Position numbers and translations under genes: made by a program
Shown here: piece by piece, positions 57,243 to 64,000 of the stretch
How the letters are laid out: the number at the start of each line of letters is the position of its first letter
How positions within the stretch are numbered: the first letter of the stretch is position 1
Notes under the pieces: generated by a model
Database searches by the model: none
What the model saw: only the letters and a program-made list of their open reading frames with translations
What the model was told of the DNA's origin: nothing
NCBI GenBank assembly: GCA_018817385.1
Contig: JAHIUA010000085.1
Span: 21,636 to 85,635, forward strand
DNA: 64,000 bases
Reading direction: 5' to 3'
Source: Pseudomonadota bacterium
GTDB taxonomy: Bacteria > Desulfobacterota > Desulfobulbia > Desulfobulbales > Desulfocapsaceae

Positions 57243-58607
57243 TCAGCCCACAAATGCCTCCAGGGCCTCGACCAGACTGGATACGGGGACAATCTCCAAG
57301 CCCGCAACCGCTTGCTGCGGCGCATTGGCCCTGGGGATTATAGCCCGGCGAAAGCCATGCTTGGCAGCCTCTTTTAATCTGGCCTCGCCGTTGGCCACCG
57401 GCCGAATCTCGCCGCTGAGACCAATCTCGCCAAAATAGAGGGAGTCGTGGGGGATAACTCTGTCCCTCAGGCTGGAGACAATGCCCATGACCGCTGCCAG
57501 ATCAGAACTGGTCTCATAAATTCGAATTCCACCCACTACGTTGACATACACCTCATCGCTGGCCGTTCCCATCCCCCCGTGCTTGGCCAGAACTGCCAGG
57601 AGCATTGCGATCCTGTTCTGATCCATGCCCACCGCCAACCGCCTGGGATTGCCAGACTGGCTTTCGGTGACCAGGGCCTGGATCTCCACCAGCAGTGGCC
57701 TTGTGCCCTCCCAGATTACGGTCACCACACTGCCGGAAGAAGAGCTCCCGGAACGGGAAAGAAACATGGCGGAAGGATTTTTCACCTCCCGGAGGCCGGT
57801 ATCGGTCATGGCAAAAAATCCAAGTTCACCAACACTGCCAAAACGATTCTTATCCGCCCGCAGGATCCGGTAACGGGCATCATCCGTGGAAGAAAGGACC
57901 ACCTGGGCATCGACAATATGGCTCAGAGTCATCGGCCCAGCCAGGGAGTGATCCTTGGTCACATGGCCCACCATGAAGATGGAAGTATTGGTTTCTTTGG
58001 CATACTGGGTCAGTGCGGCAGCAGATTCACGTACCTGGGAGATAGAACCAGGGGCCGATTCGGATGCACTGGTATGCACAACCTGGATGGAATCAATGAC
58101 CACGATCTGCGGTTTTTCCTCTTCGAGCACGGCACAGATCTCTTCAACAGAGGTCTCTGCCAGCATTTTGATATTATCTGCTGGCAGACCAAGACGATAG
58201 GCCCGTTCAGCTATCTGCTGGGGAGACTCCTCCCCGGAGACATAGAGAACCGGTATTCCGGCATGAGCGCTATTGGCCAAAGCCTGGAGGAGGAGTGTCG
58301 ATTTCCCTGCTCCGGGAGCGCCGCCGATAAGGACCACCGAACCGCAGACAATTCCCTGCCCCAAAACCCGATCAAACTCGACAATGCCGGTTGAAATTCT
58401 TTCAGCACGGCTCCGGTCAACCTCAGAAAGGAGCTGGACAGGAGCACGTTTCCCACTGTAGCCGGGAGCACGGCCAACAGGACTCCTCCCCAGACGCACC
58501 TCTTTCACCGTATTCCACTCTCTGCAGACACTGCACTGGCCAAGCCAGCGGCTGAAATCCGCTCCGCAGTCAGTACAGACAAAGGCCTTTTCCTGTTTCT
58601 TTCCCAT
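57243..58607 (-). CDS. radA: DNA repair protein RadA/Sms
   Basis: N-terminal Zn finger (CTDCG...CSVC), GGAPGAGKSTL Walker A, KNRFG, Lon-like C-domain. Confidence 0.95.
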   Translation of the reverse strand: MGKKQEKAFVCTDCGADFSRWLGQCSVCREWNTVKEVRLGRSPVGRAPGYSGKRAPVQLLSEVDRSRAERISTGIVEFDRVLGQGIVCGSVVLIGGAPGAGKSTLLLQALANSAHAGIPVLYVSGEESPQQIAERAYRLGLPADNIKMLAETSVEEICAVLEEEKPQIVVIDSIQVVHTSASESAPGSISQVRESAAALTQYAKETNTSIFMVGHVTKDHSLAGPMTLSHIVDAQVVLSSTDDARYRILRADKNRFGSVGELGFFAMTDTGLREVKNPSAMFLSRSGSSSSGSVVTVIWEGTRPLLVEIQALVTESQSGNPRRLAVGMDQNRIAMLLAVLAKHGGMGTASDEVYVNVVGGIRIYETSSDLAAVMGIVSSLRDRVIPHDSLYFGEIGLSGEIRPVANGEARLKEAAKHGFRRAIIPRANAPQQAVAGLEIVPVSSLVEALEAFVG

Positions 58608-58624
58608 ACAACTCCAGTTCCTTA

Positions 58625-58817
58625 ACTAATACCGGTGATGAACGGTAAGCCGGCACTCAGTACAGTACCCCCATACAAGGGGTGAAAGTACCTTCACTAA
58701 ATTCTTTTCAAAAACACCAAAAGAATTTCTAAGGTACTAATACCGGTGATGAACGGTAAGCCGGCATAAGTACCTTCACTAAATTCTTTTCAAAAACACC
58801 AAAAGAATTTCTAAGGT
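58625..58817. repeat. tandem direct repeat (111 bp + 82 bp units) carrying palindromes
   Basis: ACTAATACCGGTGATGAACGGTAAGCCGGCA...AGTACCTTCACTAAATTCTTTTCAAAAACACCAAAAGAATTTCTAAGGT occurs twice. Unit 1 has a 29-bp insertion. Each unit holds AATTCTTTT-N10-AAAAGAATT. Confidence 0.9.
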
Positions 58818-58971
58818 ACTAATACTCACAGTTCCGAACAACAACAGGACTCTAGCATATCCCCCTGCAAAAGAACAGTATCGCCCTTTACTCCCTTGCC
58901 AAAAAGTCCTATTGTGTACGAAATTTGCTTTTCATGACCCTTATAACACTCACCCAAAAGACATCTCTCCC

Positions 58972-59769
58972 ATGGACAAAAGCAACATCCCAAAAATCTC
59001 GGCACCGGCAAAATGGATCCCACTCTCCTACTCTTTTACCTTTATTCTCCGTTCCAAACGCTTAATGGCCTGGAGTGTTTTCCTCATCCTGATAACCATG
59101 GCCTTTACCTGGGCAGGCTACCTCTTCACCGTTGATTTTGTCGACGGCCTTACTGGAAATTTTTTCCTTGCTCAACCTGAAGCCGCAGGCATCTGGGGAT
59201 GGACAAAATATGTGGGATGGGTGGGTATCAAGTGGCTTTTTCTCATTATCAGCCGCATTGTCGCCTTTTATCTGGCCTTTCTCATTGCCTACACGCTTTC
59301 GTCTCCCGGCTATGTCTTTCTCAGTACGACAGCAGAAAAAATACAGGCAGGGGAGCATTTTGAGGCAGATGCGGCCCTGAACATCAAGGGCATCCTTATT
59401 GATCTTCTTGAGGGAGTCAAAATTTCCGCTTTCGGAATTCTGGTGACCATAGCGGCATTGACGGCCAACGTCATCCCTGGAATCGGCCAGGTAATAGTGT
59501 TTCTCCTCTACACCTACTACTCGACCCTCATGTTTCTCGACTATCCGACCTCTCGCCGGCGTTGGAGTCTGGGCCAAAAGATCAACTGGTTACGCAAACA
59601 CAGCACACCATCCTTGCGACTGGGTATTTTTCCGGCCCTGATCAGTATTGTCCCTGTTCTCAACATCTTTCTCATGGCCCTGATCTTTCCCCTGATGACA
59701 GTCCACAGCACCCTTAACTTCGCAGCCATTGAAGAGGCCATGCACCGCAAACAACAGGCAAAAGGGTAA
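58972..59769 (+). CDS. EI24/CysZ-like integral membrane protein
   Basis: Several TM helices and a topology resembling the CysZ/EI24 family. Weak recognition only. Confidence 0.5.
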   Translation: MDKSNIPKISAPAKWIPLSYSFTFILRSKRLMAWSVFLILITMAFTWAGYLFTVDFVDGLTGNFFLAQPEAAGIWGWTKYVGWVGIKWLFLIISRIVAFYLAFLIAYTLSSPGYVFLSTTAEKIQAGEHFEADAALNIKGILIDLLEGVKISAFGILVTIAALTANVIPGIGQVIVFLLYTYYSTLMFLDYPTSRRRWSLGQKINWLRKHSTPSLRLGIFPALISIVPVLNIFLMALIFPLMTVHSTLNFAAIEEAMHRKQQAKG

Positions 59770-59819
59770 GCAGAGGCTGGAACAAGGGAAGCAGAAACTG
59801 CGAGAGTCAGGGACAGGCA

Positions 59820-60980
59820 TTAGGAGGCAAGGCTAGCGTGCAAGTGAGAGGATAAACTGTTTGTCCTGGCCTCAGGGATGACCACTCTCTTTTTTTTCGC
59901 AGTCAGGGTATAACAGCCCACCGGTTCCAGACGATTTTTCATATGTAATTCCTGCCTCTTGCCAACATACATCACCGGCGGAAGATGCTTACAGGTGCGC
60001 TCACCTATAACCACTTCCCTTTCTCCGGCGTGTTTCTCAAGGCGGGCGGCCGCATTCACCGTATCTCCGATCACGGTGTAATCTTTTCTGTTTTCTGAGC
60101 CGACACTGCCGAGAATGGCACTGCCGGTGTTGATACCGATACCGATCTCGAATACAGGCAGCCCATCCCTGGCTCGTTTCTCCATCAAGGCAACAGCCGC
60201 ATTCTGCATCTCAAATGCGGCCCGGACCGCAGCCCTGGCCCCCTTCCTTTCACTGGACAGGTGACCAAATACCGCCATAATCTGATCACCCACCAACTTG
60301 TCAAGCATCCCCTCATATTTGAAGACAATGTCCACCATAATAGTAAAATATTCATTGAGCATGGCCAGGACCTCTTCAGGCTCTATCTGCTCAGCAATCG
60401 CTGTAAAAGAGCGAATATCGGCAAACATGACAGTCACAATTCTTCTCTCATTTTTTAACAGGTTACTGTCGTTGGAGACCATGAGTTTTTCGACAAGATC
60501 CTTGCCAACATACCGACAGAGATGCACACGGAGTTGATTCTCACTCTCCAGCTGCTCGTAGGAATCGGACAGACTTCTGGCAAATTCCCTGAGTTGAACA
60601 CTCCGGCTCTGTATATCCCGGTTCGCCTGGTTGAGCTGTGCGACCATACGATTAAAGTTGGTGGCAATATCTTTCAACTCACCTTCAACCTCCATCTGAA
60701 GAGGTAAAGGAACATCGCCAGGCCCAGGCAGAGAGATCTCCCTGGCCAGAGAGGTCAGCTGATCTGACGATTTCCGGAGGAGGACAAAGCCCATGAGGAT
60801 ACTGAACAGGACCAGAGCTGCACTGACGATCACTGTCTGACTCGGGGTCTCCACCTCCTGTAAGAGTAGATACATAGCCAGCAGAAATGGAAGAATCCCC
60901 ATCAATCCCAGGCTGATCCTTATTTTTCTGTAAAAACTGAGTTCCTGCTTTTTCGTTCTCATACTGCCCTGCTCTCTCAT
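59820..60980 (-). CDS. membrane-anchored class III adenylate/guanylate cyclase with HAMP-like linker
   Basis: VTVMFADIRSFT, KLVGDQIMAVFG, IGINTGSAILGSVG, YTVIGDTVNAAARLE. Confidence 0.85.
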   Translation of the reverse strand: MREQGSMRTKKQELSFYRKIRISLGLMGILPFLLAMYLLLQEVETPSQTVIVSAALVLFSILMGFVLLRKSSDQLTSLAREISLPGPGDVPLPLQMEVEGELKDIATNFNRMVAQLNQANRDIQSRSVQLREFARSLSDSYEQLESENQLRVHLCRYVGKDLVEKLMVSNDSNLLKNERRIVTVMFADIRSFTAIAEQIEPEEVLAMLNEYFTIMVDIVFKYEGMLDKLVGDQIMAVFGHLSSERKGARAAVRAAFEMQNAAVALMEKRARDGLPVFEIGIGINTGSAILGSVGSENRKDYTVIGDTVNAAARLEKHAGEREVVIGERTCKHLPPVMYVGKRQELHMKNRLEPVGCYTLTAKKKRVVIPEARTNSLSSHLHASLAS

Positions 60981-61044
60981 CCTTTAGTACAAAAGATACA
61001 ACCAAAATATTGGCCGGAATCGCCCTTTCCTGAAAAGTTTTTCC

Positions 61045-61160
61045 CCTGCCTGCTCTTTACCTGTTTAGCAGTACTTTATATTCGTTCAGTGAGAAATTGG
61101 AAGCATACTAGTGCTCTTCGAGAAGACCTCAATGAACGAAGATGGAGTGCTGCTGAAGAG
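61045..61160 (-). repeat. dispersed intergenic repeat, copy C
   Basis: The reverse complement aligns with copies A/B (CTCTTCAGCAGCACTCCATCTTCGTTCATTGAGGTCTTCTCGAAGAGCA...). Confidence 0.8.
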
Positions 61161-61342
61161 TTACAAAAACATTACCGTTTTCCTGACCAGAAGTCTAACG
61201 CTTTCCTGACAGCACCGTCCTGGGACATGAGAGCGCAGCAGGTTGACCAAGGCAGCTCCTGTGCCTATCCAGTTCTTTCTGCTCTTTCTTGGTCTGTTCC
61301 CAGGAGCCGCTCACCTCGCTGCTGCCCCTTTCATTACCCGGC

Positions 61343-62725
61343 TCAACCAAGCTTGCGATGCACCTCCGACTTTCTCAATGACCAGGCACTGAAACAAACG
61401 ATCAGTCCCAGAATGGAGAGGGTATACCAGGGAAACCAGGCAATGGCGTCCCGAAAGGCCTGGCCCTCCACCAAGGGCATGGACAGATCAGGCCGGGAAA
61501 TGGCTCCACTCCTGCGCAACTCCTGCATCAGGGCCGCAAAAAGAACCCCGATCACGCCATAGGCCAGGTTGAAGGCTAGTCCTTTAAAGCTGAGTACCGT
61601 TGCCCGCTGGTGCGATTCGGTGATCCGGTTCAGGTAGTGACTGGTAAAAAAGGAGGTCAGCATCATCCCGCAGTAGACCAAGGCCATGGGCAACAGGCCA
61701 AGATAGGGGACAAAAGCAGTCAAACTCCAGAGGGCGACAAGGGTGATTGTGCCAAGATAAATCGCATTTCTGAGTGGGCTGTTGCGACGCACCATCTCTC
61801 TGGCCAGTTTCGGGACGACAAACCCCAGGCTGGCAAACACCGCCCCGATAAGACCAAAACTGGCCTCAGGCAGATCAATGAGACGAAAATACTGGCTGGT
61901 CATGGTCACGATCATACGCAGCACATGGTCATAACCCATACCAAAAAGAATCACAGCCAGGGCAAAAGGATTTCCGACTATCCAGCCCCCGGCCTGCCAA
62001 GTCTTCCGTCCCGCCTGCCAGAGGGTGCTGAAAAAGGAATTCTCTGCCTCAGAAATATGACGAAGTGGAACCGGATCCTTCATCATCAGACTGCTTAACA
62101 GAGCCCCCAGGCTGAGAAGCAGGGTGAGATAGATGGGATAACGCATGCTCATCTGCTGGCTCACCTCTGTCTCCAGCCCCAGCCAATGAATAACGGAGTT
62201 GACCACCTGCGGATCGTAAACCAGCGCTCCCACGATCATGGTAATCACAGTCCCCAGGGATTTGGCCCGCATCTGGATATCCAGCACCTTGGGCCAGTCA
62301 TCAGGGTTCCCCTCTTCCACCAGTGTATCGTAGGCCAAGGCCTCGTCTGCGCCGCTGGCCATGGCCTCAGCCAGGCCACTGAGAACACGATTAAGGAGAA
62401 AGGCCCAAAAGATAAGGCTGCCGTTTCCCAGGGGAACAAAGGCAATGAGGAGCATCTCCATGAACATGAGGACAGCGGTCGCCACCAGGAGGTACTTGCG
62501 TCCCACCACATCGGCCAGGGCCCCTGAAGGCACCTCAGAAAGGACGATAGTCAAGGCCCAGACCGTATTCAGCAAGGCAAACTGTTCAATGCTCAAGCCA
62601 AAATCGAGAAAGAGAATCGTAAAGACCGGATAATAGAAACGGCAGTTAAAAAGGACGCGCAGGGCTATAAAGAGGCGGATGTTCGGAAGTGAAAACGGAG
62701 AACTCTTGCCCACACTACTGTTCAT
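61343..62725 (-). CDS. MFS transporter
   Basis: About 12 TM helices. GALADVVGRK is an MFS loop 2-3 motif. Confidence 0.8.
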   Translation of the reverse strand: MNSSVGKSSPFSLPNIRLFIALRVLFNCRFYYPVFTILFLDFGLSIEQFALLNTVWALTIVLSEVPSGALADVVGRKYLLVATAVLMFMEMLLIAFVPLGNGSLIFWAFLLNRVLSGLAEAMASGADEALAYDTLVEEGNPDDWPKVLDIQMRAKSLGTVITMIVGALVYDPQVVNSVIHWLGLETEVSQQMSMRYPIYLTLLLSLGALLSSLMMKDPVPLRHISEAENSFFSTLWQAGRKTWQAGGWIVGNPFALAVILFGMGYDHVLRMIVTMTSQYFRLIDLPEASFGLIGAVFASLGFVVPKLAREMVRRNSPLRNAIYLGTITLVALWSLTAFVPYLGLLPMALVYCGMMLTSFFTSHYLNRITESHQRATVLSFKGLAFNLAYGVIGVLFAALMQELRRSGAISRPDLSMPLVEGQAFRDAIAWFPWYTLSILGLIVCFSAWSLRKSEVHRKLG

Positions 62726-62860
62726 AGTATTTTTAATAGCAAACCTTATGCAAGCTTAGAGAGGAGTTGGATAGATGGTCACGCCATTCTATTGAAAATA
62801 AAGTCCCCTGGCCAACTATTTTCTGCTGAAAACAGGTCCTATCGCTCTCGCTCACCGTCT

Positions 62861-63370
62861 CTACCGCTCTTTTTTGTATTTTTTGGGCCAGTCAAAAAAG
62901 AGTAAGCGGCCCGTATTCGGCTCGACCTGCTGCCAGGAATCAAGGTCAAACTTCATGGCCACAATGCCACAGGTGGGTATGTTTTCAATCTGAGTCCCGG
63001 ATATGCTCACTGCAAAATCGGTGATACCAAAATTATGGCCCACCAGCAAGAGACTGTTTACCCTGTCGTCACAGGAACGAAGGATCCGGTAGAGTCCATT
63101 CTCATCTGCCAAATAAATTGCCTCGCTAAAATAGATACGCTTTTGGGGGTAGGCGATGGCCTTAGCCAGTATCTGGACAGTCTGTTCCGCTCGTTTAGCC
63201 GAACTCGATATGATAAAATCGGGCTTGATTTTTCGCTCCGCCAGTTTTTTTCCCATAAAGGGGGCATCTCGCCTTCCCCTCTTGTTCAGCGGGCGGTCGA
63301 AGTCTCTCAAGGTCGGATCCGCCCAGCTCGATTTGGCATGACGGATGAGATAAAGTTTTTTCATCAGCAT
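62861..63370 (-). CDS. histidine phosphatase family protein (SixA-like)
   Basis: LYLIRHAKS (RHG motif variant), RPLNKRG, LLLVGHN. Confidence 0.8.
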   Translation of the reverse strand: MLMKKLYLIRHAKSSWADPTLRDFDRPLNKRGRRDAPFMGKKLAERKIKPDFIISSSAKRAEQTVQILAKAIAYPQKRIYFSEAIYLADENGLYRILRSCDDRVNSLLLVGHNFGITDFAVSISGTQIENIPTCGIVAMKFDLDSWQQVEPNTGRLLFFDWPKKYKKER

Positions 63371-63373
63371 TAC

Positions 63374-63592
63374 TCAAAAACGCGATTTCGGTTTATACAG
63401 AGATGATCTGGACTGTTCTTTTTTGCCCTCCATCATCTTACGGATCTGATCCAACTCGGCCTTTGCCTGACGCAAAAGATCCTTCACCTTCTCCTGCTCC
63501 GAATTTGAATCCGCCTCCAGAAGCTGCTGTTCAAGGCTCTCCACCTCTTTCTGACTGCGATACAAATCTCTTGCCAACGCGGGAAGATACAT
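63374..63592 (-). CDS. hypothetical 72-aa coiled-coil protein
   Basis: Charged heptad-like sequence. Its stop is 3 nt before the SixA-like start, suggesting translational coupling. No family recognised. Confidence 0.45.
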   Translation of the reverse strand: MYLPALARDLYRSQKEVESLEQQLLEADSNSEQEKVKDLLRQAKAELDQIRKMMEGKKEQSRSSLYKPKSRF

Positions 63593-64000
63593 CTCAACTC
63601 CTTCTTTTCAATTCTGGAACACCGATCTGGACAGTTCCTCAACACATGTCTGTCCGGAGCGGAAATATTTCGTATGCTCGCCTCCCTCATCTCAGTGGAG
63701 GCGCCCACCATGGGACCACAGCTGCCCCCTCCAGAAACCACCAAACCGCGGCCACAAGTGTCATCGGGGGCGTTTCTGTGGATGTTCAGAGGATTATATT
63801 GTCATTAACGAGGTAAGGAGAAACTCCGAAACTAAGGGTAAAAGAGCTTACTCATGGACAGACAGAAATCAACAGACAAAACAGCCAGCCAAGAATTACC
63901 ATACTGACGACCATTGTGGCAAACACCAATTTTGCACCAAATTGCATATCACAGCTATACAAATGACAGCCACGCAGGAGAGGCCCTGGAGTCCCTTCTC

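Noticed and set aside
58625-58817. Possible CRISPR array
   Set aside because: There are only two directly abutting units with no unique spacers between them, and no cas genes in the window. It is a tandem duplication.
63593-64000. GC-rich ORF-free stretch at the window end. I checked it for SRP RNA, RNase P, tmRNA, 6S and riboswitch signatures, and for a 31-aa hydrophobic ORF (MQFGAKLVFATMVVSMVILGWLFCLLISVCP, minus strand)
   Set aside because: I could not find conserved cores (GGAAGCAGCC for SRP, GGAAAGUCCGG for RNase P, a tRNA-like tmRNA end). The small ORF lacks an SD. It may be a structured 5' leader of the 63592 gene, but I cannot support a call from sequence alone.
1-64000. tRNA, rRNA, transposase, integrase, prophage or toxin-antitoxin genes
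   Set aside because: Scanning by eye for T-loop (GGTTCGAATCC-like) motifs, rRNA-like stretches and the usual protein motifs found none. A tRNAscan/Infernal run would be needed to be certain about small RNAs.

Overview
About 50% GC chromosomal segment. The gene content looks like a sulfur-cycling Desulfobacterota (Desulfobulbales-like) genome, but that assignment is inference only. I support about 55 protein-coding genes. Most are housekeeping: aspS, hisS, radA, rnhA, pcnB, prmA, rsmE, hemC and a class II DAHP synthase. Others are envelope or transport genes: nhaD/nhaR, an LdtD-like/MepK-like pair, AEC, MFS and a porin-like OMP. There is a complete [NiFe]-hydrogenase maturation cluster (hypF-C-D-E, protease, hypA, hypB), two CbiK cobaltochelatases (one periplasmic, behind a cobalamin riboswitch) and a RACo/MeTr corrinoid pair. 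I saw no rRNA, tRNA, CRISPR array, transposase, integrase or phage genes. The most unusual items are: (1) a 1,050-aa single-polypeptide fusion of a radical-SAM core, a cysteine-less SPASM-like module, an ArsM-type As(III) methyltransferase, three vicinal-Cys pairs and a Cys-rich C-terminal domain. (2) An unlisted 75-codon ORF just upstream of arsC with a strong SD, an in-frame TGA at a Cys-Cys position and a SECIS-like hairpin, making it a candidate selenoprotein. (3) A partner-switching module whose STAS antagonist is fused to a PilZ c-di-GMP domain. (4) A dispersed 100-130 bp intergenic repeat family with 4 copies. (5) Relics of a hydrogenase cytochrome-b gene and of an MCP gene directly upstream of hypF. 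These relics sit alongside several other disrupted genes: ltaE with two frameshifts, a PhnD-like binding protein with TGG-to-TGA, and an ORF-poor 1-kb gap. All homology calls come from motif recognition by eye and need HMM/BLAST confirmation.
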